From: a virus
Lineage: Duplodnaviria > Caudoviricetes
Direction: 5' to 3' (one strand)
IMG/VR virus record: IMGVR_UViG_3300042363_001420
Length of the DNA stretch: 64,000 bases
Below are positions 17,610-26,370 of this stretch, in pieces. The position numbers and the translations under genes are program-made. The notes under the pieces are model-generated. The model was not told the DNA's origin. It ran no database searches and saw only the letters and a program-made list of their open reading frames with translations. Positions within the stretch are counted from its first letter, which is position 1. Each line of letters opens with the position of its first letter.

Positions 17610-19448
17610 CTATTTTAGACGTGATTCGATTTGACTGCGCTCTGTATCGGTCAAAAGTTCTTGATCGTATTCACCATTAACGATCTTGTCCATAAGAAAC
17701 TCAATGTAAGCGTCGTCAAATGTGTAATGGTCAGTTAGATTTTTATTTACTTCAATCCATTTCTGACTATTATATTTGTACAGTCGTGTGGGAAAAGAAT
17801 CAGTTCTTATGAACATTTGTCCTTTAACTGGTTTTTCTGGCCATGCTGGACCAAAGGAAGTTGCTGCAGCAGCCGGCAAATAGTCTTCCCAGGGCAAATG
17901 ATCTATCTGTCCTAGAGTTAATAATCGACGCTGTTCTTTGAGAGTGCCAGTGGGATTCGCATCTTTCCATAAGCGTTTGGCTGCTTTAACCAATTCGTCT
18001 TTTTCGTGAGCTATTTCATCGTCGTCATCATTGGCCGGTGGCGGATAGTCACGCTCAACTGGAATCAGCCTGTCTGCAGATGTATTTTCTTTTTTTACTT
18101 CTGTAACAGGAGGTGTAGTATTAATCGACACTGAATTTATTATTGGAGTAATCTGTGTGTATCCGTCAACATATGAGGGCAAGGGTGTGTCAGAGTATCC
18201 AACATCTGCATTTGGGGTTGGAGATTTTTCCTCTGTGGTAGTCTCGGGTGTGGCAGCATCAACGGACCGAACCGGTTGTTCTCTGCGTCGTTGCAGCAAA
18301 ACCCAGCCGCGACTTTCTGTAGCTGCCAGTAACATCATTACTGCCAATGGATCAAACACTATAACAATCAATATAATGACCCAACGCACAGCTTTTTCTA
18401 ATAGATTCTTGTCGGTGGCTTCACCGTAAATTAATTCGGCAATGTATTTGATGGGGCCAACTTCGGCTTCTAGTTTACGATACTCGGCTTCCAATTCATA
18501 CTTTTTTGTTGTTAGATCGTCGATTTCTCGATTGGCATTTCTAATTCGATCCTGTTGTTCAGTTAATGCTGCTTCTAGATCCTGCGGTTTAGTTTGTCCT
18601 AGTTGTTCACGCAAGCGATTTATCAGCTTATTACTTTCAGCAATCTGTGTTTCAACGCCGAGACGTATTCTAGCAATCTCATCCCTGGCTGCTCGTATAG
18701 TAGAGTTATTGTTGGCCTGTTCCAATTTGACTAAGGCATCGGCACGCTCGGTGGCTCTAGCTGCTTGCCAAGTACGTACTGCAGCAGCAGTGCCTGGTCC
18801 CCAATTTCCATCAGCTCTGGTTCCAACCAATGCTTGTGCTTTGTCTATTTCTTTGGCATCAATGAATTTCTGTAGCTGTGCTATTTGTGCATCAATTTTA
18901 ACAACCTGATCAGAGTAGATTTTGGTTTGGCTGTCGATAATTTTCTGCTGCTCATCTATAGCTGGCTGTACACGGCTTAGTGCAGAATCAATGCGCTTTT
19001 GTTCTTCGGCTATTTGAGCGTTGACATTACCGTCAGTGCCGGTACCACCGGTTTCCAACTGCTTGACTCTAACTTCGGAACGTTCAATAATGGCTTTTTG
19101 TCTGGCCAATTCTCCGTTGATACGCTCAACTTGAGCTACGCTTTCGGTACTAGCAGATGCTTGTTCGATGTGAGCGCGACTCAAGAAGCCAAAGATACCC
19201 ATACTTGTGATAAACATCAACAGCAGCACAGCTGGCACCAAATAAGCCTTCATGATAAATCTGGCTCTGTCCCAATATTCGTGCAGCCAAACTGTAACAA
19301 CCAATTTGGCAATTTCTAATATAGATCCCATGATTATAATAGGTACTGTGGCTGCAGCAAAGATTACAGCCAGTCCATATATGGAATAAAATGCTGCCAC
19401 AGCACTCAAACATAGTGCTACCGCGAAAGTTAGATAAGTTAGTAACAT
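17610..19448 (-). CDS. Membrane-anchored coiled-coil protein with embedded peptidoglycan-binding motif
   Basis: Three N-terminal TM segments, long heptad region, [17 protein letters not shown], further TM, low-complexity tail. Confidence 0.6.
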   Translation of the reverse strand: MLLTYLTFAVALCLSAVAAFYSIYGLAVIFAAATVPIIIMGSILEIAKLVVTVWLHEYWDRARFIMKAYLVPAVLLLMFITSMGIFGFLSRAHIEQASASTESVAQVERINGELARQKAIIERSEVRVKQLETGGTGTDGNVNAQIAEEQKRIDSALSRVQPAIDEQQKIIDSQTKIYSDQVVKIDAQIAQLQKFIDAKEIDKAQALVGTRADGNWGPGTAAAVRTWQAARATERADALVKLEQANNNSTIRAARDEIARIRLGVETQIAESNKLINRLREQLGQTKPQDLEAALTEQQDRIRNANREIDDLTTKKYELEAEYRKLEAEVGPIKYIAELIYGEATDKNLLEKAVRWVIILIVIVFDPLAVMMLLAATESRGWVLLQRRREQPVRSVDAATPETTTEEKSPTPNADVGYSDTPLPSYVDGYTQITPIINSVSINTTPPVTEVKKENTSADRLIPVERDYPPPANDDDDEIAHEKDELVKAAKRLWKDANPTGTLKEQRRLLTLGQIDHLPWEDYLPAAAATSFGPAWPEKPVKGQMFIRTDSFPTRLYKYNSQKWIEVNKNLTDHYTFDDAYIEFLMDKIVNGEYDQELLTDTERSQIESRLK

Positions 19449-19454
19449 AGTAGA

Positions 19455-19775
19455 TTATTTATTGGCTTCTGGATTGGTATTGTGTACTAGTATACCCAGT
19501 TTGACTGATATCCATGTAGCAGTGACAGGATCCGGTATGTCAAACCATACGCAGACAGAAGGATTGCAGTAGTACGAACCGCCACCAATCCAACCTTTAA
19601 ACAGGCTGTTCCCTTCCAATCGACGCTTGACCTTCGACTGGCCGCGCCAGTTGCGTCCGTGTAGTAGTTTGAGTTCTCGTATAATGCTGTACCACTGTTG
19701 AGTTGTGTCAACAGTGAACCAAAATCGGTGTAGTGGCTGCGTCGTTATTTTAAGCGGATCGACAATCTCTGACAT
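19455..19775 (-). CDS. Hypothetical protein
   Basis: ORF; start assigned to MSEIVD. Confidence 0.55.
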   Translation of the reverse strand: MSEIVDPLKITTQPLHRFWFTVDTTQQWYSIIRELKLLHGRNWRGQSKVKRRLEGNSLFKGWIGGGSYYCNPSVCVWFDIPDPVTATWISVKLGILVHNTNPEANK

Positions 19776-19844
19776 TTTAAATAGAGGTCCCAGACTTGAT
19801 ATATTGTTTAATACTTTACACCTTTGACCAGTAATCAAGGCATA

Positions 19845-20017
19845 CTCCCACAGTGTGTGCTTTCCAGGCCAGGGACTGCGGTTTTAAATTGAACCAAGGG
19901 TCTGTTCAATTCTACAAGGTGCCGCACCTTGGAGGCTCTTACGGTGACCTGCCACAGGCAGTTATCTCGAGTTCTGCCATCACCATCACTCCGATCGTTC
20001 ACAACCACTACACACTT
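19845..20017 (-). ncRNA. Candidate structured non-coding RNA (~170 nt)
   Basis: GC-richer intergenic segment with several stems and complementary ends, directly after an extended -10 (TGcTATAAT, 20018-20026). Confidence 0.45.
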
Positions 20018-20027
20018 ATTATAGCAC

Positions 20028-20052
20028 AAAAAAGCCACCCTGAGGTGGCTTT
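20028..20052 (-). terminator. Rho-independent terminator
   Basis: AGCCACC-tcag-GGTGGCT followed by a T run on minus. Confidence 0.8.
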
Positions 20053-20109
20053 CGAGCAAGTACAACAGTGCTAGGCTATCAGTTTATAAGAACGATTGTA
20101 AAATTCTAG

Positions 20110-20505
20110 TCAACTCTTTTTTACTGCTTTCTTTACCACAGGCTTGGGTGCCGATTTCTTAATTTGCTTAATTTGTTTGGCTGTAAGTGGACCGTCGTCG
20201 GCTGGGTAAGCAGGCTTGGTTTTGGCAGTGGCCTTTTCTGTTACTTTCTTTGCTGCCTTTCTTGCCAAGATGGCAAAACCCGGACTGTTCTCTTCATAAG
20301 GGATTTGAGTCCAGTGCAAGCGAGTCCATTCCTGCTCACTCACAGCACGATATTCCACAGTAGAACCCAAGCCGCGTTCGAAATTCAACCATGACTTCAA
20401 GTCGTAGCCACGTGCTGGTATGGTCAGACAGAATCCATTACGAGCCACTACATCAATCAAGTAGTAACCGTCGTATTCGACTTTTGGTACTGGTGTTGCT
20501 GTCAT
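20110..20505 (-). CDS. Hypothetical protein with Lys/Ala-rich C-terminus
   Basis: ORF ending KSAPKPVVKKAVKKS. Confidence 0.6.
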   Translation of the reverse strand: MTATPVPKVEYDGYYLIDVVARNGFCLTIPARGYDLKSWLNFERGLGSTVEYRAVSEQEWTRLHWTQIPYEENSPGFAILARKAAKKVTEKATAKTKPAYPADDGPLTAKQIKQIKKSAPKPVVKKAVKKS

Positions 20506-20515
20506 TGTTACATTC

Positions 20516-20884
20516 CTAGATACGTTTGGCCAGTTCCAATCTCTGCTCATCAGTCAACTCATCACAGCGACTTGAACGATCTGGCATGCGCAGAAAATCT
20601 TCGCCGCGGCGTCGATAGGGTGCTTGTCTAGCTCGGTAAGCACGAAATATCCACCAGGTCACAAAACACATGGTGATCAACAGCACATGCCCTGCCATGC
20701 TGTAGCCAATAAAAAACAGTTCTCCGGTATACAAGCCAAACGCCAAAGACCAAAAGCAACTCAACATGATCATGGCCAAGTACTTGGTTTCGTCCGGCAC
20801 ACGTTTCAATTCATTGCGATCTACATTCAGCAGATTCACAAATGATCGGCCCACTAGCCATAAAAATTTTAATAATCCAATCAT
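20516..20884 (-). CDS. Hypothetical membrane protein
   Basis: Two hydrophobic segments; AAGGA RBS. Confidence 0.65.
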   Translation of the reverse strand: MIGLLKFLWLVGRSFVNLLNVDRNELKRVPDETKYLAMIMLSCFWSLAFGLYTGELFFIGYSMAGHVLLITMCFVTWWIFRAYRARQAPYRRRGEDFLRMPDRSSRCDELTDEQRLELAKRI

Positions 20885-20912
20885 AATCTTTATCCTTTAT
20901 TGTTTAATATAT

Positions 20913-21452
20913 CTACATTGTTTTACTATCGATCAAATCTGGAGAATACTTTTCAATTGCTGCAATCAGTGCCTGTTCCATCAATTGGTTGAAAGTAATA
21001 TCTTTTTCATGTGCCAGTTTCATATATGTCAACAAGTCCTCATCCGAAAAGTCAACTGGAACAGATACACGAGTATCATATTCTTGTCCCAACTTGATTG
21101 CCAAACATTTTTGAATAAAGTCATCGGCAACTTCTAAGTCTACATAGTTGACATCGTCCCATGCTTGGTTAAACGGAATACCCCTGGCGTCTGCTTCTCG
21201 ACGATGCTTTTTGATATTTTTAGGATTGATCATACGATAAGCACGATCGTTGGTATAGTCGCACACACTGACTTCGTAGACCTTTTGTGTCTTGATACTG
21301 AACACAATGCTGAAACTGTAGCCACCTGTGCCGTGAACACCATTCCATGAATCTAGTGTGTAACTGTTTGATCCGTAGCAGGACCAACCATAATCACTGC
21401 CTTCGGTGATTTTATAATCAACCAATTCCATCCATTCTTTCATTATGATCAT
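20913..21452 (-). CDS. Hypothetical protein with possible C-terminal ribbon-helix-helix-like segment
   Basis: VPVDFSDEDLLTYMKLAHEKDITFNQLMEQAL. Confidence 0.6.
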   Translation of the reverse strand: MIIMKEWMELVDYKITEGSDYGWSCYGSNSYTLDSWNGVHGTGGYSFSIVFSIKTQKVYEVSVCDYTNDRAYRMINPKNIKKHRREADARGIPFNQAWDDVNYVDLEVADDFIQKCLAIKLGQEYDTRVSVPVDFSDEDLLTYMKLAHEKDITFNQLMEQALIAAIEKYSPDLIDSKTM

Positions 21453-21652
21453 GTGTTGACTCCAAAATGTTTTAATACCTCGCCACCGATATCTCTGGCG
21501 TTTGTGTCCTGTGCCCAAGTAGCACGATTAGCACATTCTTTCACAATCAACTCGCCGAGCTTATCAGCAAACTTTCTTAAATCGAAATCGCCGTCATCAA
21601 TAATCAATTGCAAGTTCGTCTGTTCAGCAAGTTTTTGAATTCGTTCGTTCAT
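21449..21652 (-). CDS. Small MNERI...HFGV family protein (copy 1)
   Basis: MNERIQKLA...LIVKECA...VLKHFGV. Confidence 0.7.
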   Translation of the reverse strand: MNERIQKLAEQTNLQLIIDDGDFDLRKFADKLGELIVKECANRATWAQDTNARDIGGEVLKHFGVNT

Positions 21653-21831
21653 CTTGCACTCCATGCAGTGTATCCACCATTGGTGTTGCTCCAAGGACAG
21701 TGCTTTTCCCACAGTGCAGTGGCTTCGGCAGGATCCGCATGTGTTCGCATGAGATGGTCCAAGTGCGGTCTTGTGCGGTAGCCTTGATGACCCCAGTCAT
21801 GTTGGACTAGTGCTGTTTCTAGTTCGTTCAT
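21649..21831 (-). CDS. Small hypothetical protein
   Basis: ATGA-coupled on both sides. Confidence 0.6.
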   Translation of the reverse strand: MNELETALVQHDWGHQGYRTRPHLDHLMRTHADPAEATALWEKHCPWSNTNGGYTAWSAR

Positions 21832-21957
21832 GACAATCTTTCCTGTCTGGCTTTTTCTTTGGCCACGGCGTCTTTGCTACGTTGAGTACGGTCAACCATG
21901 TGAATGTTATCGCATGGGCTATCATCACATGGTTGTCCCAGCAACCAACGAGCAAAT

Positions 21958-22197
21958 CTAATTTTCAGTTTCTGTATCATTTTCAACTCCAAAATGTTGC
22001 TTGATCATTGCTTGTGCGATGTTCATACTAGGTCGGACGTTGTCAAATCTATTGGCGGACAATACTTCGACACATTCTTGTACAATCAATTCAGCAAACT
22101 CTTGGTATTGTGCCATTTTGATTGCTTGAACATCCGCATGGTGAAAGTTAACTTTAAATCCAGCTTGTCTAGCAAATTCTTTAATTAGTTCGTTCAT
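21958..22197 (-). CDS. Small MNERI...HFGV family protein (copy 2)
   Basis: MNELIKEFA...FAELIVQEC...IKQHFGVE. Confidence 0.7.
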   Translation of the reverse strand: MNELIKEFARQAGFKVNFHHADVQAIKMAQYQEFAELIVQECVEVLSANRFDNVRPSMNIAQAMIKQHFGVENDTETEN

Positions 22198-22323
22198 TCT
22201 GTTTCCTTAATTTTAACTCTTCGACTAATTGAAGAATTTCTTTGTACCATTCAGGGTTACGCTGTACAATTTCCTCTATGACAGTATCTAACTCTGCTAA
22301 ACTTCTTTTGGCCAAAGGATCGG

Positions 22324-22539
22324 TCACTCTTCGACTCCAAAATGTTTGAGTATAGCTTCTTGCGGCGAAGTGTCGTGTGTTACGGCCCAGTGTTCGAAAG
22401 ACAAGTCGGCACATTCCCGAACAATTAACTCGGCGAACCGTTCGACAAATAACTCATCTCCAGATTCTCCTGTGGACAGAGCCATAACGGCACTGAATTT
22501 AGCAGCCTCATCGGCAAGTTCTCTAATTCGTTCGTTCAT
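22324..22539 (-). CDS. Small MNERI...HFGV family protein (copy 3)
   Basis: MNERIRELA...FAELIVREC...ILKHFGVE. Confidence 0.7.
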   Translation of the reverse strand: MNERIRELADEAAKFSAVMALSTGESGDELFVERFAELIVRECADLSFEHWAVTHDTSPQEAILKHFGVEE

Positions 22540-22784
22540 ACAGTATCCCGGATGATGTCAATTTGAACATTATGTCCGTTCCAGGTGCCAACATGGCCTG
22601 TTGCCGGGACAGGGTTATTGTAATTGTAAAGTGACAATGCAGTTAGGGAATCATTGACTGCCACAGCATGGCTGTGAGTAGCAAAGCTCAAGCAAGCGTC
22701 TTTCACAGTCATGTACATGCCTACACCATCGACTATGACACGAATTTTTTGGCTGTTTTTGATACCAGAGATTAACTGTTTCAT
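22536..22784 (-). CDS. Hypothetical early protein
   Basis: MKQLISGIKNSQKIRVIV, GGAG RBS. Confidence 0.6.
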   Translation of the reverse strand: MKQLISGIKNSQKIRVIVDGVGMYMTVKDACLSFATHSHAVAVNDSLTALSLYNYNNPVPATGHVGTWNGHNVQIDIIRDTV

Positions 22785-22785
22785 A

Positions 22786-23010
22786 TCAAACTCCGTAAAA
22801 GGATTCGGTAAATTGCAGGGCATCGTACACACACTCACGCACGGCAGTGTCGGTCGCTTCACCGCACTCGTCTGGGTAATATTTTGCCAACTGGGACAAG
22901 GCAGCATAAACTTCAGACCAAGTCAGTCGATTTTCGCGGGCTACTGTCACAATGCCGTGAACAGCCAAGTTGCCTTGTTCGCTAAACATACTATAATCTG
23001 GAATATTCAT
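22786..23010 (-). CDS. Hypothetical early protein
   Basis: MNIPDYSMFS...GEATDTAVRE; AAGGAG RBS behind sigma70 promoter. Confidence 0.65.
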   Translation of the reverse strand: MNIPDYSMFSEQGNLAVHGIVTVARENRLTWSEVYAALSQLAKYYPDECGEATDTAVRECVYDALQFTESFYGV

Positions 23011-23040
23011 CGCTTGCTCCTTGTTGTTCACTATAACTAC

Positions 23041-23069
23041 ATTATAGCAAATGACAGATTTCTGGTCAA
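23041..23069 (-). promoter_or_regulatory. Sigma70-type early promoter (cassette 1)
   Basis: TTGACC-17 nt-TATAAT. Confidence 0.85.
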
Positions 23070-23074
23070 CCACG

Positions 23075-23098
23075 AAAAAAGCCCTGTATTACAGGGCT
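23075..23098 (-). terminator. Rho-independent terminator after ligase
   Basis: AGCCCTGT-aat-ACAGGGCT followed by a T run. Confidence 0.8.
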
Positions 23099-23127
23099 CA
23101 AAAGTGTTGCATTTTTACAACAAATTG

Positions 23128-24507
23128 TTAGAGTTTTTCCCCGGGCTCAAACCCACGAAATCTAACAAATCTTGGGAATCTAAGGCTGTAAGTGCTGTCC
23201 TGATTTTGTGTCACAGCATCAGCTTGGACTTCAACCACTTGCCCAAGTAAACTATCCCGGTTGAGCCAATACTGATCACGCTGTAGATCACTGAGGCCGC
23301 TACCCACGTTAACACCAATAAATTTTCCATTGTCTGTTCCTTCACAAACGATTGCACCCAAACGACCGGCATTGCGGCCAGTACCTTCTTCAAAGCCTAC
23401 AATCGCCAAATCTACAGTGATTGTGGGTTTCCATTTCATCCAAAAGCTTGATCTACGGCACTCGTACGGAGCATCCAAATCCTTGATCATGATGCCTTCT
23501 AGACCCTTTGTCACAGCATCTCGTGCATAGCGTTCCAATTGATCATGTCCTTCGGACACATCCAAGTCCACTGTAATACCCGAAGTCACGGCCAAGTTAG
23601 ACTGACTTTCGATCAGCCCACGCTGGGTCTCCAACCACTCAGTGCGGCGGCGCTGCGGTGTGTTAGAATACCCTTCTTCGAATTCGGCCAAAGGCATCCA
23701 ATCAAAAATATGATAAATCATGTTGTTGGTGTCAACATCCCGTTTGCGTTGTGCTTGACGCATAAGATCTTGAAAGCTTTGACCTACAATTTCGCCATCA
23801 AACACAATACGCATGTCGGCACCGTAGATGGAATGTACAAATTGATCTGCAATGGCTTCCAAGGCTGCCACAATCTGTGGAAAGTTGTCGAACGGTTTGC
23901 CATTGCGGCTGTAGAGATTTACGCCGCTGCGAGTGGCCACTGCCAACACACGTACACCGTCCAACTTGCCTTCCAGGCGTTTTTGTCCTGTCATCTTAGC
24001 CGGGTGGTCTGTAGAGTCCTGTGCCAGTTGACAAGTAAAGGTAGGAATTTTCCATTCAGTCTTGCCCAAGACCTTGTTCAGAGTTTTTTCACTGATGCCA
24101 CAGCGCAAGTCTTTAATTAAGACACGTCGACAAAGTCCGTTCCATTCTACCGAGTCAAAATCTCTGCTGACTGTTGCAATTGCGTCACGTGCTGCATGTC
24201 CAGTAATGCCGCGTGTTCTGAGATTTTCCAACAAGGCCCAGAATGTGGGCCAAGAATTGGGACGATCGACCAGGCCGTTAGTTTCCGGCACTTGGCGAAC
24301 GCCAAACACATAGTAAGGATTGTAAGCTTGATAACAGTTGTAAAGAAAACATTGAGCACTGGTGCTACCGAGTCGTGCTGCGACCAACGCTTTTTCAATC
24401 ACAGATTCTTTGTGCAATCTGCTATCACTTGATTCCAAGTCCCTGATCCAGTCTGCTGCCACTGTGAGTCCTTCGAAGTCGGTACTGCTGATATTGATTT
24501 GCGTCAT
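23128..24507 (-). CDS. ATP-dependent DNA ligase
   Basis: EGKLDGVR (motif I), FDGEI, IFD, EGIMIK, WMKWK, OB-fold with SLRFPRF. Confidence 0.95.
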   Translation of the reverse strand: MTQINISSTDFEGLTVAADWIRDLESSDSRLHKESVIEKALVAARLGSTSAQCFLYNCYQAYNPYYVFGVRQVPETNGLVDRPNSWPTFWALLENLRTRGITGHAARDAIATVSRDFDSVEWNGLCRRVLIKDLRCGISEKTLNKVLGKTEWKIPTFTCQLAQDSTDHPAKMTGQKRLEGKLDGVRVLAVATRSGVNLYSRNGKPFDNFPQIVAALEAIADQFVHSIYGADMRIVFDGEIVGQSFQDLMRQAQRKRDVDTNNMIYHIFDWMPLAEFEEGYSNTPQRRRTEWLETQRGLIESQSNLAVTSGITVDLDVSEGHDQLERYARDAVTKGLEGIMIKDLDAPYECRRSSFWMKWKPTITVDLAIVGFEEGTGRNAGRLGAIVCEGTDNGKFIGVNVGSGLSDLQRDQYWLNRDSLLGQVVEVQADAVTQNQDSTYSLRFPRFVRFRGFEPGEKL

Positions 24508-24525
24508 GTATTTAAATCCCGATTA

Positions 24526-24891
24526 TCAATGAATCAATGCAATGATTACGACGTAGGTCAACATGTGTAGCAATTGATCGAACCCTAACCATGTCCAAAA
24601 TTTAGGATGTACAGGTGTCATGCCCTGTGTCATTTGTTGTTTGAACCAGTCAATGTGATAGTGAAATATTGCATCCAAGGTGGCCAAAAAAGCCACCTCC
24701 GCAACACCAATTCCCAACACAGCCACAATGGCAGCAGTGAACGCACCGTGTGTGACTGCATGAGTGATGCCGCCCCAGGCACCATATTGTCCCTTGGCTG
24801 CAATCTGTTTGGGCGTCTGCAGTACGAAATCACAAAGCCAGTGCTTGACAGCAAAAGCTATCATTAACAGTAAAATTGTCGATTCGATCAT
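24526..24891 (-). CDS. DUF3307-like membrane protein
   Basis: KHWLCDFVLQ, H..H, HYHID..K, DQLLH pattern. Confidence 0.75.
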   Translation of the reverse strand: MIESTILLLMIAFAVKHWLCDFVLQTPKQIAAKGQYGAWGGITHAVTHGAFTAAIVAVLGIGVAEVAFLATLDAIFHYHIDWFKQQMTQGMTPVHPKFWTWLGFDQLLHMLTYVVIIALIH

Positions 24892-25064
24892 TTTTGAAGT
24901 TTCCTACATTGTTCACGTACCGCAGGTGAATAGTCGGGATGTATTTCTGCTCGACTGCAATTGTACGTTTTGGCCTGCGGCAGTTCTGCCAGCATGGGAA
25001 CCAATTTCCAAATAAAAAAACCAAACACCGCTGCTACTATCAATTTAAAAATCAAGTCTACCAT
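24888..25064 (-). CDS. Small membrane-anchored protein
   Basis: N-terminal TM followed by YNCSRAEIHPDY....CRK. Confidence 0.6.
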   Translation of the reverse strand: MVDLIFKLIVAAVFGFFIWKLVPMLAELPQAKTYNCSRAEIHPDYSPAVREQCRKLQK

Positions 25065-25348
25065 CACATGCTCCAGTAGGTCTCGCTGGCAGGGTTGCAA
25101 CACCAAGGAGTGTCACGATCAATTTCAACATCCTCACCAGTCATTAAACTTTTGACAGTTATTCTTGCTGGTGCGTAGGAGATTTCATAGAGACCAGGCA
25201 TTGTAGCGTAGATATTATTCATTAGCTTTACGCGAGCTTGGATTTCGTACTCAGTTACATCAGCAATCACTTTGGTTGAAATTGCACGGAATCCAGACCG
25301 AGTGCGTCCATCAGCTTTACGAACATATACAGTGTAGTCTTGTTTCAT
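25064..25348 (-). CDS. Hypothetical early protein
   Basis: C-terminal VKSLMTG...DTPWCCNPASETYWSM; GGAG RBS behind promoter. Confidence 0.7.
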   Translation of the reverse strand: MKQDYTVYVRKADGRTRSGFRAISTKVIADVTEYEIQARVKLMNNIYATMPGLYEISYAPARITVKSLMTGEDVEIDRDTPWCCNPASETYWSM

Positions 25349-25377
25349 TTCTTGCTCCGTTTGTTTACTGTAATACA

Positions 25378-25406
25378 AGTATAGCAAATGGTCGATTTCT
25401 GGTCGA
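25378..25406 (-). promoter_or_regulatory. Sigma70-type early promoter (cassette 2)
   Basis: TCGACC-17 nt-TATACT. Confidence 0.75.
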
Positions 25407-25438
25407 CCGTACTAAAAGTGTTGTAAAAATACAACACA

Positions 25439-25660
25439 TTACTGACTAAAATGTATGGCCAAACCTGCTACCGCCACAGCAGCCATGATTCCGTTGGTGA
25501 CAATCAAGGCAGGTTCACGCCAACGTATGCTAACAATCAACCAAATCACACCACCTGCCAACAAGATCAAAGGTCCTGCAGGATAGTAACCCAGGCTGTT
25601 GACACCAGTGCCAATTATCAGCAGGACTGTGGCTGTCCACTTTAGTATGTTATTCAGCAT
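25439..25660 (-). CDS. Small multi-pass membrane protein
   Basis: Three hydrophobic segments, LKW.AT..L...YP.G...W. Confidence 0.7.
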   Translation of the reverse strand: MLNNILKWTATVLLIIGTGVNSLGYYPAGPLILLAGGVIWLIVSIRWREPALIVTNGIMAAVAVAGLAIHFSQ

Positions 25661-25838
25661 TGACCAATCCTAATTCTTTGTGTATTCGATCAAGGCTTTC
25701 ACGAAATGCCACATCCACAGAGATATTTAATTGCTCGGCACGTGTGGGATAATCACGTACCATGATTACGGCCAACTGTACCAAGCTGGCATTACTGAGA
25801 CTGCCCAGGTCATTGGCCAAGCGTTCTAATTGTGTCAT
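25650..25838 (-). CDS. Hypothetical early protein
   Basis: AGGAG RBS behind promoter cassette 3. Confidence 0.65.
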   Translation of the reverse strand: MTQLERLANDLGSLSNASLVQLAVIMVRDYPTRAEQLNISVDVAFRESLDRIHKELGLVNAE

Positions 25839-25868
25839 TTACTACTCCTGTTTTGCTACTGTATAAAC

Positions 25869-25897
25869 AGTATAACCGAAATGGCGTTTCTGGTCAA
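25869..25897 (-). promoter_or_regulatory. Sigma70-type early promoter (cassette 3)
   Basis: TTGACC-17 nt-TATACT. Confidence 0.8.
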
Positions 25898-25905
25898 CCA
25901 AAACA

Positions 25906-26064
25906 TCAGTATGCAATGGGGTGGACGTATTCGCCCTTGCCAAAGTAAAAGATGCGTCCGTTGCAGAGCATTCTAGCAGTGCGAGTGCTTTGTTTGATGT
26001 AGTCGCAGCCCCAGAGGTGGAACAAGCGTCCAATTTTGAGTTCTGCAAAATCTAGTCCTGTCAT
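25906..26064 (-). CDS. Small hypothetical protein, 52 aa (not in ORF track)
   Basis: MTGLDFAELKIGRLFHLWGCDYIKQSTRTAR...; AGGAG RBS behind cassette 4. Confidence 0.65.
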   Translation of the reverse strand: MTGLDFAELKIGRLFHLWGCDYIKQSTRTARMLCNGRIFYFGKGEYVHPIAY

Positions 26065-26094
26065 GATCTGCTCCTGTTTGTTTACTGTTTAACT

Positions 26095-26123
26095 AGTATA
26101 GTCGAAATTGAATTATTGGTCAA
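26095..26123 (-). promoter_or_regulatory. Sigma70-type early promoter (cassette 4)
   Basis: TTGACC-17 nt-TATACT. Confidence 0.8.
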
Positions 26124-26268
26124 GTACAGAAAACTTGTTGTCCATTGCCTGTTGAACTTCTAGCAGAATTGTACGGTTCACTGGCTCTGCTGCCAAGCTG
26201 TCTAGCAGAGCATCTACTAGACGGTTGATTTGATCCGCTGTCAACTTTAGAGTAAGTTCATGTGTCAT
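26113..26268 (-). CDS. Small hypothetical protein, 51 aa (not in ORF track)
   Basis: MTHELTLKLTADQINRLVDALL...; follows cassette 5. Confidence 0.6.
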   Translation of the reverse strand: MTHELTLKLTADQINRLVDALLDSLAAEPVNRTILLEVQQAMDNKFSVLDQ

Positions 26269-26298
26269 CTTCTGCTCTTTGTTGTTTACTATAAAACA

Positions 26299-26327
26299 AG
26301 TATAGCCGAAATTCTGTTTCTGGTCAA
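26299..26327 (-). promoter_or_regulatory. Sigma70-type early promoter (cassette 5)
   Basis: TTGACC-17 nt-TATACT. Confidence 0.8.
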
Positions 26328-26328
26328 C

Positions 26329-26351
26329 AAAAAAGCCCTGTTTCCGGGGCT
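26329..26351 (-). terminator. Rho-independent terminator
   Basis: AGCCCCG-gaaa-CAGGGCT followed by a T run; similar to the 23075 terminator. Confidence 0.7.
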
Positions 26352-26370
26352 CAAAAATGTTGTTTTTTTG

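Noticed and set aside
19835-20074. ORFs 19835..20065 (-) and 19853..20074 (+)
   Set aside because: They run through a terminator and promoter, lack an RBS and have no protein-like features; the region is better explained as structured RNA
25842-26048. 68-aa ORF in the track
   Set aside because: Crosses a promoter cassette; the frame 25906..26064 has a proper RBS and fits the cassette
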